Assembly (NCBI GenBank): GCA_000434175.1
Contig: HF999800.1
Coordinates: forward strand, 60,947 to 116,462
Source of the DNA: Mycoplasma sp. CAG:611
GTDB taxonomy: Bacteria > Bacillota_I > Bacilli_A > RF39 > UBA660
DNA length: 55,516 bases
Reading direction: 5' to 3'
In this document: positions 26,347 through 36,566 of the stretch, one piece after another
How positions within the stretch are numbered: the first letter of the stretch is position 1
Layout: each line of letters begins with the position of its first letter
Program-made: the position numbers and the translations under genes
Notes under the pieces: generated by a model
Databases searched by the model: none
Told to the model about the DNA's origin: nothing
What the model saw: only the letters and a program-made list of their open reading frames with translations

Positions 26347-28863
26347 TTATTCTTCTATGATTTCTTCTTCTGGTTCTTCTTTTTCTGTTACTGTTACATT
26401 AGTTACTATTTGATTATCTTTTAATGATATTAATCTTACACCTTGTGTATTACGTTTTAATGTGGATATTTTATTTACATCTAACCTTATAACTATACCA
26501 CTATTAGTTGTGATTATTATATCTTCATCACCAACAACCGATTTAAATGCAACGATTAAACCATTTTTATCGGTAATATTAAGAGCTTTTACTCCTTTTC
26601 CTCCACGATGAGTTAATCTATATTCATCAGTTTCAGTCTTTTTACCATATCCTTTTTCTGTTATAACTAATATTAATTTTGAACTATCTGCTACTTCTGC
26701 TCCAATTACATATGAATTATCAAGTTCAATGCCTTTTACACCACTTGCTGTTCTACCCATCAATCTAACTTCTTTTTCATTAAATCTAACCATTCTACCA
26801 TTATTAGCAGCAATTATTATTTCATTTGTACCATCAGTTAAATTAACATTTATTAATTCATCATCTTCTTTTAATGTGATAGCTATTTTACCATTATTTC
26901 TTATAGACTCAAATTCTTTTATATTAGTACGTTTTACTAAACCATATTTTGTTACAAATACTAAATTCTTTTCATCATTAACTTCTTTTGGATCTATTGA
27001 AATAATTGATGTTATTTTTTCTTCTTTTTCTATTGGAATTAAATTAATTATTGGTAACCCTTTTGATTGTCTACTTCCAAGTGGAATTTCATATCCTCTT
27101 ACTCTATAAACTTTTCCATAATTACTAAAGAACAATATATCATCATGAGTTGATGATGTAATTAACTTATTAACATTATCTTCTTCATTTGTTGTCATTC
27201 CTTTTATTCCTACACCACCACGATTTTGTGTTCTATATGTATTTACGGCCAAACGTTTGATATATCCTTTTTCTGTTAAAGATATCATTATGTTTTCAAC
27301 AGGAATTAACGATTCATCTTCAATATAATCAATTGCAGTCATATCAATTGATGTTCTTCTTTCATCTGCATATTTATCTTTTATCTCAAGCATTTCAGTT
27401 TTTATTATATTATCTATCTTTTCACGACTAGCTAAAATTGCTTTTAATTCTTCGATTAATTTTAAAGTTTCAGCTAATTCTTGTTCTATTTTATCTCTTT
27501 CTAAACCCGTTAAACGACGAAGTTTTAATTCTAGTATAGCATCAACTTGAATATCACTAAAACCAAATCTTTTAATTAATTCTTCTTTTGCAATAACATC
27601 TGTTTCTGATTCACGGATTATTTTAATTACATCATCTAAATGGTCTAACGCTATTTTATAGCCTTCTAAAATATGTACTCTTGCTTCTGCTTTATCAAGA
27701 TCAAATTTCGTTCTTCTTATTATAACTATTCTTTGATGATCTATATATTTTTCAATTATATCTTTAAGTGGTAATGTTCTTGGTGTTCCATCATCAATTA
27801 CTAAAAAATTAATTCCATAACTGATTTGAAAATTAGTATGTTTATATAAATTATTAAGTACAACTTGTGGGTTAGCATCTTTTTTTAAAGTAATTGTTAT
27901 TTTTACCCCATCTTTTAAATCAGTGTGATAATCAGATATTCCATCAATTATCTTATCCCTAACAAGTTCTCCTACTTTGTTTTTTAATTCCAAAGTATTA
28001 ACGCCATATGGTACTTCCGTTATAACAATATTATTGTGATTTCCATGTTCTTCAATAGTTGCTTTACTTCTAATTGTTATAGACCCTCTACCAGTATCAT
28101 AAGCCTTTTTAATACCAGAGTTTCCTAAAATAATACCCCCTGTTGGAAAATCAGGTCCTTTAACGTATTGCATAAGACCTAAAGTATCTATTTCAGGATT
28201 ATCAATATAAGCAACACAACCATCAATTACTTCACCTAAATTATGTGGTGGGATATTTGTTGCCATACCTACTGCGATTCCCATTGATCCATTTACTAAA
28301 ACATTTGGAAACCTTGATGGAAGTACTTTTGGCTCTTTACTTGTAACGTCAAAGTTATCATCCATATCAACTGTATCTTTTTTGATATCTCTTAAAAGTT
28401 CTAGAGATATTTTAGATAATCTTGCTTCAGTATAACGATATGCTGCTGCACCATCGCCTTCAATATTACCAAAATTACCATGCCCATCAACCAACATATA
28501 TCTTTGGTTAAAATCTTGCGCAAGTCTTACCATTGCTTCATATATTGAACTATCACCATGTGGATGATAATGCCCCATAACATAACCTACAGTAGTAGCA
28601 GATTTTTTATGCGGTTTATCTGGAGTATTTCCTTCTTCAAACATACTCCATAAAATTCTTCGGTGAACAGGTTTTAAACCATCTCTTAAATCGGGTATTG
28701 CACGTGAAGCTATAACACTCATTGAATAATCTAAAAATGATGTTTTTACCTCATTTACAATATCATTTATATTATGACTATCTCGTTCATGAAATTTTCC
28801 ACCATAATCATCTTTTTCTTTATTATTTATTTCATTTTCAGTTGTTTTTTCTTCATTTTCCAT
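26347..28863 (-). CDS. gyrA: DNA gyrase subunit A
   Basis: AIPDLRDGLKPVHRR, the HPHGDSSIYEAMVRLAQ QRDR region, catalytic YRYTEARL, and C-terminal beta-pinwheel repeats. Confidence 0.98.
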   Translation of the reverse strand: MENEEKTTENEINNKEKDDYGGKFHERDSHNINDIVNEVKTSFLDYSMSVIASRAIPDLRDGLKPVHRRILWSMFEEGNTPDKPHKKSATTVGYVMGHYHPHGDSSIYEAMVRLAQDFNQRYMLVDGHGNFGNIEGDGAAAYRYTEARLSKISLELLRDIKKDTVDMDDNFDVTSKEPKVLPSRFPNVLVNGSMGIAVGMATNIPPHNLGEVIDGCVAYIDNPEIDTLGLMQYVKGPDFPTGGIILGNSGIKKAYDTGRGSITIRSKATIEEHGNHNNIVITEVPYGVNTLELKNKVGELVRDKIIDGISDYHTDLKDGVKITITLKKDANPQVVLNNLYKHTNFQISYGINFLVIDDGTPRTLPLKDIIEKYIDHQRIVIIRRTKFDLDKAEARVHILEGYKIALDHLDDVIKIIRESETDVIAKEELIKRFGFSDIQVDAILELKLRRLTGLERDKIEQELAETLKLIEELKAILASREKIDNIIKTEMLEIKDKYADERRTSIDMTAIDYIEDESLIPVENIMISLTEKGYIKRLAVNTYRTQNRGGVGIKGMTTNEEDNVNKLITSSTHDDILFFSNYGKVYRVRGYEIPLGSRQSKGLPIINLIPIEKEEKITSIISIDPKEVNDEKNLVFVTKYGLVKRTNIKEFESIRNNGKIAITLKEDDELINVNLTDGTNEIIIAANNGRMVRFNEKEVRLMGRTASGVKGIELDNSYVIGAEVADSSKLILVITEKGYGKKTETDEYRLTHRGGKGVKALNITDKNGLIVAFKSVVGDEDIIITTNSGIVIRLDVNKISTLKRNTQGVRLISLKDNQIVTNVTVTEKEEPEEEIIEE

Positions 28864-28874
28864 AAATTAACCTC

Positions 28875-30800
28875 CTAAATATCAAGATTTTCAACAAACT
28901 TAGCGTTTTCTTCGATAAATAATCGCCTTGGTTCTACTTCATCACCCATAAGTTTCTCGAATATTGAATCTGCTGCCATGCAATCCTCTACAGTTATTTT
29001 TCTTAATACTCTTTTTTCGATATCCATTGTTGTTTCATTTAATTCTTCAGCATCCATTTCCCCAAGACCTTTCATACGGGCAATTTCAGCACGATTTCTT
29101 ACATTTTCTGGAAGTGACGCTAAATAATCGTCCTTTTCTTTTTCATCAAGAACATATTTTCTTGTTTTGCCATGCATAATTCTAAAAAGTGGTGGTTGAG
29201 CTGCATATACATGCCCCTTTTCAACAATTGGTCTAAAGAACCTATAAAATAAAGTTAATAAAAGTACTCTAATATGACTTCCATCAACATCGGCATCGGT
29301 CATGATAATAATTTTATCATATCTTAACTTAGATAAATCAAATTCATCACCAATTCCTGTACCAAATGCTGTTATTATTGTTCTTATTTCTTCATTTCCT
29401 AATGCTTTATCAAGTCTTGCTTTTTCAACATTAAGTATTTTCCCTCTTAAAGGAAGAATAGCTTGAGTCATCGAATCTCTACCTTTTTTAGCAGAACCTC
29501 CTGCTGAATCCCCTTCGACAATAAATATTTCAGATATACTTGGATCTTTACTTTTACAATCTGATAATTTACCAAAGAAATTAGATGTTCCTAAATCACT
29601 TTTTCTTGTTATTTCTCTTGCTTTTCTTGCAGCATTTCTAGCTCTATTAGCAAGTAGTGCTTTATTTATAATAATTTTAGCTTCATCAGGATTTTCCATT
29701 AAAAATCTTTCAAATCCTTTTGAAAAAACACTATCAGCAAGTTTTCTTACTTCACTATTTCCTAAACGACCTTTAGTTTGCCCTTCAAACTGAGGATTTG
29801 GATGTTTACAAGAAATAATCATTGTTAATCCTTCTTTAACATCATCTCCTGTTAAAGATTCATCTTTTTCTTTTAACATATTAGTTTTTCTTGCATAAGA
29901 ATTTATTATTCTTGTTAATGCTCTTCTAACACCCTCTTCATGTGTTCCACCATCATGTGTATTAATATTATTAACAAAAGAATAAATATTTTCATTATAA
30001 CTGTTATTATATTGCATAGCTACTTCAAATTGAACATCATCTTCTTCGCCTTCAAGATGAATTATATTTTCATGTAATACTGTTTTATCTTTATTAATAA
30101 ATCTTACATATTCACTAATTCCACCTTCGTAACAGAAAGTTTCACCAGTTGTGTCTTCTAAATCACGATCATCTCTTAAATTAAGTGATAAACCTTTATT
30201 TAAAAATGCTAATTCACGAACACGAACTTTTAATGTTTCATAACTATATATGTCCGTATCAAATATCTCAGGATCTGGTTTAAATGTCACAGTTGTTCCC
30301 GTTCTATTTTCACTACATGTACCTATTACTTTTAAAGGTTCAACAGTATGTCCACCATTTTCAAATCTTATAAAGTGGACTTTACCATTTTTATAAACAG
30401 TTACTTCTAACCATTTTGACAAAGCATTAACAACACTGGCACCTACACCATGAAGTCCTCCAGATACTTTATATCCTCCTCCTCCGAATTTACCACCAGC
30501 ATGTAATACTGTATAAACAGTTTCTACTGTAGATATTTTTGTTTTAGGATGTATTTCTGTTGGTATTCCTCTACCATCATCTTTTACTGTAATTGAATTA
30601 TCTTTATTAATTACTATTTCAATATGTTTACAATAACCTGCTAAAGCTTCATCTATTGAGTTATCTACTATTTCCCATACAAGATGATGAAGTCCTTTTA
30701 CATCTGTTGTTCCTATATACATTCCAGGTCTTTTTCTTACTGCTTCAAGTCCTTCAAGAACTTGAATATCACTAGAATCATAATGTTTTTGTTGTTCCAT
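28875..30800 (-). CDS. gyrB: DNA gyrase subunit B
   Basis: [20 protein letters not shown] ATPase motifs, EGDSAGG Toprim, and [10 protein letters not shown]. The start is moved to MEQQKHY (30800), which has a GGAAGGAAG RBS. Confidence 0.97.
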   Translation of the reverse strand: MEQQKHYDSSDIQVLEGLEAVRKRPGMYIGTTDVKGLHHLVWEIVDNSIDEALAGYCKHIEIVINKDNSITVKDDGRGIPTEIHPKTKISTVETVYTVLHAGGKFGGGGYKVSGGLHGVGASVVNALSKWLEVTVYKNGKVHFIRFENGGHTVEPLKVIGTCSENRTGTTVTFKPDPEIFDTDIYSYETLKVRVRELAFLNKGLSLNLRDDRDLEDTTGETFCYEGGISEYVRFINKDKTVLHENIIHLEGEEDDVQFEVAMQYNNSYNENIYSFVNNINTHDGGTHEEGVRRALTRIINSYARKTNMLKEKDESLTGDDVKEGLTMIISCKHPNPQFEGQTKGRLGNSEVRKLADSVFSKGFERFLMENPDEAKIIINKALLANRARNAARKAREITRKSDLGTSNFFGKLSDCKSKDPSISEIFIVEGDSAGGSAKKGRDSMTQAILPLRGKILNVEKARLDKALGNEEIRTIITAFGTGIGDEFDLSKLRYDKIIIMTDADVDGSHIRVLLLTLFYRFFRPIVEKGHVYAAQPPLFRIMHGKTRKYVLDEKEKDDYLASLPENVRNRAEIARMKGLGEMDAEELNETTMDIEKRVLRKITVEDCMAADSIFEKLMGDEVEPRRLFIEENAKFVENLDI

Positions 30801-31899
30801 AATTTTTCTTCCTTCCATAATTTGTTATATTTCCATCTTTTATTTTAAAAATACTTGCTTTTTCAACAATTTTATCACTTATATTTTTTATGTCTGTTGT
30901 TGTTATTATAAATTGAATATTTGATTTAATAAATTTAAGTAAATTATTTCTTTTTTCGATATCAAGTTCACTAAAAATATCATCTAAAAGAACAATTGGA
31001 TATGTTTTTTTTATTTCTTTGAAAATATTAATTTCAGCAAGTTTAAATGCTAAAATAGCTACCCTTTGTTGCCCTTGTGAACCATAATCTTTTAAATCCA
31101 TAGAATCAACATAAAAAGATAAATCATCTTTTTGAATACCAAAAAGAGTCATTTTCTTATCTACCTCATTATAATAATTATCTTTATAATAATTAATAAT
31201 TTCTTCTTTGTTATCAAAAGATATATTTTTATTATAATTTATTTTTAAATTACCTGTTTTCATTATTTTTTTATAAATAACTTCAATATTTGAATTGATA
31301 CATTCAATATACTTTTCTCTATAATTTCTTATAATTATAAGTCTATCAATTAATTTTTCTGTTATTATATCAAAATATGCTTTATCAATATTTAAATAAT
31401 TTTTTCTTAAATATTCATTTCTTATTTTAAGTAATTTATTATATTCATTTAATACTTTCATATAATTAGGAAATAATTGACATAATTCAATATTTAATAA
31501 ATTTCTTCTTACAAGTGGTGATTTTTTAATTATATCTAAATCATCAGGACTAAACATAATAACATTTAAATTAGTTAAATAATCACTAACTTTTTTTATT
31601 TCCTTTTTATTAATTTTCAATATTTTTTCTTGATTAGTTAAAATAACTTCCATTTCTTTTTGATTTTTTTCATATCTTAAATTACCTTTTATCAACGAAA
31701 AATCACTTGTTTTATTTATTAATTCACTTTCTTCAACAGATTTTGATGGTTTTGTAAGTGCAAGAACATATATACTTTCTAAGATACTAGTTTTTCCTTG
31801 AGCGTTGTTTCCAATAAAAATATTAATATTTTTATTTAATTCAGTTTCTAAATTTATTATTTTTTTAAAGTTTTTTATTTTAATTTTTTCAAGATACAT
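30778..31899 (-). CDS. recF: DNA replication and repair protein RecF
   Basis: [14 protein letters not shown] Walker A, GSQGQQR signature, and [10 protein letters not shown] Walker B. The 3' end overlaps gyrB by about 23 nt. Confidence 0.93.
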   Translation of the reverse strand: MYLEKIKIKNFKKIINLETELNKNINIFIGNNAQGKTSILESIYVLALTKPSKSVEESELINKTSDFSLIKGNLRYEKNQKEMEVILTNQEKILKINKKEIKKVSDYLTNLNVIMFSPDDLDIIKKSPLVRRNLLNIELCQLFPNYMKVLNEYNKLLKIRNEYLRKNYLNIDKAYFDIITEKLIDRLIIIRNYREKYIECINSNIEVIYKKIMKTGNLKINYNKNISFDNKEEIINYYKDNYYNEVDKKMTLFGIQKDDLSFYVDSMDLKDYGSQGQQRVAILAFKLAEINIFKEIKKTYPIVLLDDIFSELDIEKRNNLLKFIKSNIQFIITTTDIKNISDKIVEKASIFKIKDGNITNYGRKKNYGTTKTL

Positions 31900-32025
31900 A
31901 AAATTTACTCATTTTTTTACCAAATTAACATCAACTCCCAAAACTAGTAGTCCTATACTTACATAACAATTATACCATAAAAAAGGCAAAAAAGGGCGTT
32001 TTTTTTTAAAAAATTACCCTTTTTA

Positions 32026-32466
32026 TTAATTTTTTCGTTGTTTTGTTATTGTTATTAACTTATTAACTCTTAATAGTTGAGTTTCTATGGACAAGATGGG
32101 CATATTAAACTCAGTTTTTTTATTATTTTTCCATTCTACTACTGTATTTTTTCCTTTTTTCTCATAATTTAAAATATTATTTGACCCTATCCAAACATTT
32201 TTTTCATTTTCAATTGCTGTTGTTGGAAAAAATATTAAATTATTAGTTTCTTCTACCATCACTGGTATTTTATAAACTGAACCTAAAATGCTTCTTGCAC
32301 CATTCATTCTGCCATTTAATGAACTTCCATAATAACTACAACTATTCTCAATTACTTGATATGGTGTTAAATCAACAATATATTCATCATTTAACTCAAG
32401 TATTTTACTTTTTCCTTTTTGATAAGGAATTATAGCTAAAGTATCGCTATTAATTTCATATTCCAT
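32026..32466 (-). CDS. ComK-family transcription factor-like protein (short, 146 aa)
   Basis: TLAIIPY...P.QVIENSCSYYGSSLNGRMNGA.....YKIPVMV....NLIFFPT.......WI parallels B. subtilis ComK (ATIAVLP...PLQIVDRSCRFFGSSYAGRKAGT...HKPPIMV...QIFLFPT...WI). Confidence 0.6.
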   Translation of the reverse strand: MEYEINSDTLAIIPYQKGKSKILELNDEYIVDLTPYQVIENSCSYYGSSLNGRMNGARSILGSVYKIPVMVEETNNLIFFPTTAIENEKNVWIGSNNILNYEKKGKNTVVEWKNNKKTEFNMPILSIETQLLRVNKLITITKQRKN

Positions 32467-32555
32467 AATATCCCCCTGTACTAAATAATAATATAAAAAA
32501 TATATTACACATAAAATGTAACATATTTTTCTGTCGTTTTTTGTCTTAATTTATT

Positions 32556-33674
32556 TTAATATGTTCTAATTGGTAAAATTAATCCAATTAAATCATTATT
32601 ACTACTTTCTCTTAATAAAATAGGTTTTATTTCTCCTACAAAACTAATAATAACATCTTCTGTTGATATTGTTCTTAAAGCATCCATCATATATTTACTA
32701 CTAAATGATATTTTAATATTATCACTACAATTAACTGCTAATTTTTCTTCTACTTTACCTATTTCAAGTGACATAGAAGTAATTTTTAACAAATTATTGT
32801 TAATTTCTAAAGTAATAATGTTATTATCCCTATCATTATTTAATATAGATGCTCTATCAACCATATTATAAAATTCTCTTTTGTTAATTCTTAAATCAAA
32901 TAATGTTTCTTCTGGAATTAAATTAACAGTATTTGGATAACTTCCATTAATTAATCTTGATTGGAAAATAATATTATTAAATTTAAAAATTATTTTATTA
33001 CTGAATATATATATATTTAATATTTCTTCATCTTCATCAAAAAATAATTTTAATAATTCAGTTAAATTTCTACTTGGAATTATAATATTAACATCTTTTG
33101 TTAATACTTTATCCATTTTATATTTCTTAAGAGATAATCTATAAGAATCTGTTGCACTACATTCAAGCATTTCTTTATTTGTTTTTAAATTTAATCCTGT
33201 TAAAACTATTCTTGATTCATCAGTACTTGAAGCATAATTAGTTTGATTTATAATATTTTTAAAATCTTTAATTGATAAACTAATAAAATCATCATTTAAA
33301 CTTAAATCTATTGGGGGATATTCTCTAGCATCAATACCATTTAAATTAAATTCACTATTTTCTGTATAGATAAGTACTTTATAATCATCAACTATTTCCA
33401 TATTAATAAATTCTGAATCTAATTTTCTAATAATATCAATTATATATTTACCTTTTATTACTATACTTCCTGTTTTTAAAATTTCTAAATCTTCACTTTT
33501 TTCTATTTCAGTTTGAATTGTAATATCATTATCTGATGCGGTTAAAATAAGTTTTTCTTTTGTTAAATTAAACTTAATACCTGATAATATAGGTACAATA
33601 TTCTTTGATGATAATGCTTTTGATACATTATTTAATGCTTCGGATAAAACGTTTTTTCTAATTTTTAATTTCAT
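32556..33674 (-). CDS. dnaN: DNA polymerase III subunit beta (sliding clamp)
   Basis: 372 aa with the MKL.I....L......V...V......PIL.GI start, the three-domain clamp length, a C-terminal LPIR motif, and a position after dnaA. Confidence 0.95.
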   Translation of the reverse strand: MKLKIRKNVLSEALNNVSKALSSKNIVPILSGIKFNLTKEKLILTASDNDITIQTEIEKSEDLEILKTGSIVIKGKYIIDIIRKLDSEFINMEIVDDYKVLIYTENSEFNLNGIDAREYPPIDLSLNDDFISLSIKDFKNIINQTNYASSTDESRIVLTGLNLKTNKEMLECSATDSYRLSLKKYKMDKVLTKDVNIIIPSRNLTELLKLFFDEDEEILNIYIFSNKIIFKFNNIIFQSRLINGSYPNTVNLIPEETLFDLRINKREFYNMVDRASILNNDRDNNIITLEINNNLLKITSMSLEIGKVEEKLAVNCSDNIKISFSSKYMMDALRTISTEDVIISFVGEIKPILLRESSNNDLIGLILPIRTY

Positions 33675-33806
33675 AAAAATTCCTTCTTTCTTTTATTTAT
33701 TTATTTTTTTTATTATAGCAGTTAATAACTGTTAATAACTTATTAAAACCTTATATATCAGTACTTTTAGAAGATTTTTTTTAACAATTATTAACTGATA
33801 TTAACA
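33675..33806. other. oriC: oriC, dnaA-dnaN intergenic box cluster
   Basis: Three exact TTATTAAC 8-mers: 33721-33728 and 33731-33738 on the minus strand as a tandem GTTAATAACT repeat, and 33788-33795 on the plus strand. ATATTAACA is at 33798-33806. No canonical TTATCCACA is present. Confidence 0.55.
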
Positions 33807-35180
33807 TTATTTTAATTCTTGTTCTATATGAATAATTGCTTCTTTTAATTCCATGTTACTTTTTAATGAAGTTTCTATTTTATTACAAGAATGCATTACA
33901 GTAGCGTGATTTTTTCCACCAAATTCTATTCCTATTCTTTCAAAAGATTCATTAGTTAATTTACGACATAAATACATTGCTACTTGTCTTGGAATGGCTA
34001 TATTTGGTGGCCTTTTATTAGATTTTATATCTTCATAAGATATTTTATAAAAATTTGCTACACTTTTTTGTATTCTTCTTATATTATTTTGATCTGTACC
34101 ACTTGTTTTTTTAGTAAATTCTTTTAATGCTTCCATTGCAAATTCTAAAGTTGGATTATTAACACCCATAATTACTGAATAAGCAATAAGTCTTGTAATT
34201 GAACCTTCAAGTTGCCTTACATCGTTTCCTACATTTGAAGCAATAAAATTAATAACATCATCATTTATTTTTAACTTTTCTCCATTTAATTTTTTTCTTA
34301 TAATAGCTACTTTTAATTCAAATTCAGGTGGTGCAATATCAACTTGTAAACCCCAACAAAATCTAGTACGAAGTCTATCTTCAAGAAATTTTAAATCATC
34401 TGGTGATCTATCGGATGATACAATTATTTGCTTAGAATCGTTATGCAAATTATTAAATGTATGGAAAAACTCTTGTTGTGATGCTGTTGCTCCCCCAAGA
34501 AATTGAATATCATCTATTATTAATACATCAATATCACGATATTTACTCTTAAAAAATTCCATATAATCTAAATTATTATTGTTAATATTATTTTTTCTTG
34601 ATAATCCCATAAAATCTTCAAGAAATTGATCACAGGTAACATATAAGACACGTTTTTTGTGTTTTTCTTCAATATAATTACCAATTGCATGCATAAGATG
34701 AGTTTTACCAAGTCCACTGTTACCATATATAAATAAAGGATTATACATCTTACCAGGATTTTCTGCTACTGCAAGAGCTGCAGCTTGTGCAAATTTATTT
34801 GATTCGCCTACAACAAATGTATCAAAAGTATAATTTTTATTTAAATTAGAATTAATTGCTTTTTTAGGTTTATATTTATCAACATCATCTTTAGTTTCAG
34901 TTTTTTCTTTTTCTTTATCAAGTATTTCATTAAGATTTTCCTTTAAAATAAAGATAATATCATTTATTTTAAAACTAGAATTGTTATTAAAATTATCTAT
35001 TATTATTTCTTTATAATTTTGTTCAATATGCGTTTTGTAAAGTAAATATGGTACGCATAATCTCAATTTATCATCTTGAATATCAATAAATTCAATATTA
35101 CTAAACCATGTATTAAAAGGAAGAGGATCTATAATATTTTTAATACTTAATAATGTTTTATTCCATATACTATCATTCAT
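33807..35180 (-). CDS. dnaA: chromosomal replication initiator protein DnaA
   Basis: AAA+ motifs GNSGLGKTHL and LIIDDIQFL, sensor motifs, and a domain IV HTH (PRQVAMYL...GGKNHATVMH). Confidence 0.97.
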   Translation of the reverse strand: MNDSIWNKTLLSIKNIIDPLPFNTWFSNIEFIDIQDDKLRLCVPYLLYKTHIEQNYKEIIIDNFNNNSSFKINDIIFILKENLNEILDKEKEKTETKDDVDKYKPKKAINSNLNKNYTFDTFVVGESNKFAQAAALAVAENPGKMYNPLFIYGNSGLGKTHLMHAIGNYIEEKHKKRVLYVTCDQFLEDFMGLSRKNNINNNNLDYMEFFKSKYRDIDVLIIDDIQFLGGATASQQEFFHTFNNLHNDSKQIIVSSDRSPDDLKFLEDRLRTRFCWGLQVDIAPPEFELKVAIIRKKLNGEKLKINDDVINFIASNVGNDVRQLEGSITRLIAYSVIMGVNNPTLEFAMEALKEFTKKTSGTDQNNIRRIQKSVANFYKISYEDIKSNKRPPNIAIPRQVAMYLCRKLTNESFERIGIEFGGKNHATVMHSCNKIETSLKSNMELKEAIIHIEQELK

Positions 35181-35618
35181 ATTATAACCTCCTTCCCCAT
35201 AAGATTTTTTAAGTCAATTTAATTGTAATACATTATTAAAAAAAATAAAATACCCAAACAGAAATTAACTAACTTATTAACATAGTTTTCAACATATAAA
35301 ACCCTTCGTCTATATATAATAAATGACTTTTTAACAAATTTCAAGAAAAAAGTTATTATTTTAATTAACATTATGTTATAAATAAATTGTTAATAACTGT
35401 TAACAATGGTTAATAAATATTAAAATATATATTATATAAGGATAAAATAACTGCAGTTATTAACTAAAATATTGTTAATTTTTAAATATTAATAATTTTT
35501 TATTATAAATTAACTACAGATATTAACTAAAAAAGTTAAAAACTAATTGCTCCGATGAATTGATTATTTATTTAATCCATGATATATTAAAAATATAAAA
35601 ATAATGAGGTAAAGAATT
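35181..35618. other. oriC: oriC, dnaA-upstream box cluster and AT-rich region at the strand-switch point
   Basis: The coding strand switches here. Four exact TTATTAAC 8-mers (35274-35281 plus strand, 35389-35396 minus, 35409-35416 minus, 35457-35464 plus) and at least 6 one-mismatch variants are present, along with the palindrome ATAACTGCAGTTAT (35445-35460). An almost pure A/T stretch spans 35417-35445. Confidence 0.6.
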
Positions 35619-36566
35619 ATGAAATTAAAATTTAATAAATACATACTAATACCAATTTTAATAATTACAGGATTAATTGTTATATCTTTTTATAACTTTT
35701 ATAAACCATATTATAAATTTATTGATGATTATAATACAATAAAAGAAAATTGCTATGAAAAAAAGAATGTTAATCACTATGTTTGTAAATTACCATATTA
35801 TCAAGATGAAAATAATTTAAAACATTTTATTGAAAATAATGACCCATATAAAAAATTAAATGAACTTGATTTATATACTGTTTATAATAGCATTGTTGAA
35901 AATGAAACTTATAGTGTTCTTCAATTTTTATCTCCCCTTCTTATTATGATTATGGTTGTGGGGACACTTCATCAAGAGTATTCAAGTGGAATGTTAAAAA
36001 ATTATTTGACAAGACAAAGTTATAAATCGTACTTAAAGGATAAATATAAATTTATATTAACTATTTCTTTAATTATACCTATTTCTCTTATCGTAATATT
36101 GTTAGTTTCTGGAATATTAACAGGATTTAATACAAAAATAGCAAGTAGTGTTTACTCTATCGCGGTTTATAGTGAATTTAAGTATAATCATTTCTTTATG
36201 TATTTTATAGGATTTTTATTTATTACTTATTTTATGAGTGTTTTTTATGCCAATATTGGATTATTTTGTGTTAAAAAAACAAAAAATACAACTCTTGCTA
36301 TAATTATGGGATATATCTTATTTTTAATTATAGACATTATTATTTATGTAGTTATATACGCGTTTATCTTATATAAATTTTTAAATTTAAATGTTTCTGA
36401 AGAAATATTTAATATAACAGGATACTTTTTTACTGATACTAAGATTAATTTATTAAAAATGTTATTAGTTTCCTTTATTTTGCAGGGATTATCTACATTT
36501 ATTTTATATAAATTTTATCAAAATAAGCAGGAGGTAATAGAAAATAGTGAAAAACAAAACGCATAA
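35619..36566 (+). CDS. ABC-2 type transporter permease-like membrane protein
   Basis: N-terminal TM, a ~80-aa loop, then about 5 TM helices. The HQEYSSGMLKNYLTRQS motif resembles ABC-2 / lantibiotic-immunity-type permeases. Confidence 0.55.
   Translation: MKLKFNKYILIPILIITGLIVISFYNFYKPYYKFIDDYNTIKENCYEKKNVNHYVCKLPYYQDENNLKHFIENNDPYKKLNELDLYTVYNSIVENETYSVLQFLSPLLIMIMVVGTLHQEYSSGMLKNYLTRQSYKSYLKDKYKFILTISLIIPISLIVILLVSGILTGFNTKIASSVYSIAVYSEFKYNHFFMYFIGFLFITYFMSVFYANIGLFCVKKTKNTTLAIIMGYILFLIIDIIIYVVIYAFILYKFLNLNVSEEIFNITGYFFTDTKINLLKMLLVSFILQGLSTFILYKFYQNKQEVIENSEKQNA

Noticed and set aside
28696-28711. Additional CACGTG-centred parS-like sequence inside gyrA (TATTGCACGTGAAGCT).
   Set aside because: It has three mismatches to the 16-bp consensus and is not palindromic. 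It lies in codons for the highly conserved SRAIPD motif, so it is most simply explained by coding constraint. It could still be a weak site, but that is untestable here.
31900-32025. Possible terminator or small gene in the recF - comK-like intergenic region (AAAAAAGGGCG-T9-A6-TTACCCTTTTT).
   Set aside because: Only a 3-4 bp GGG/CCC stem can form, and there is no ORF with an RBS. The evidence is too weak to call.
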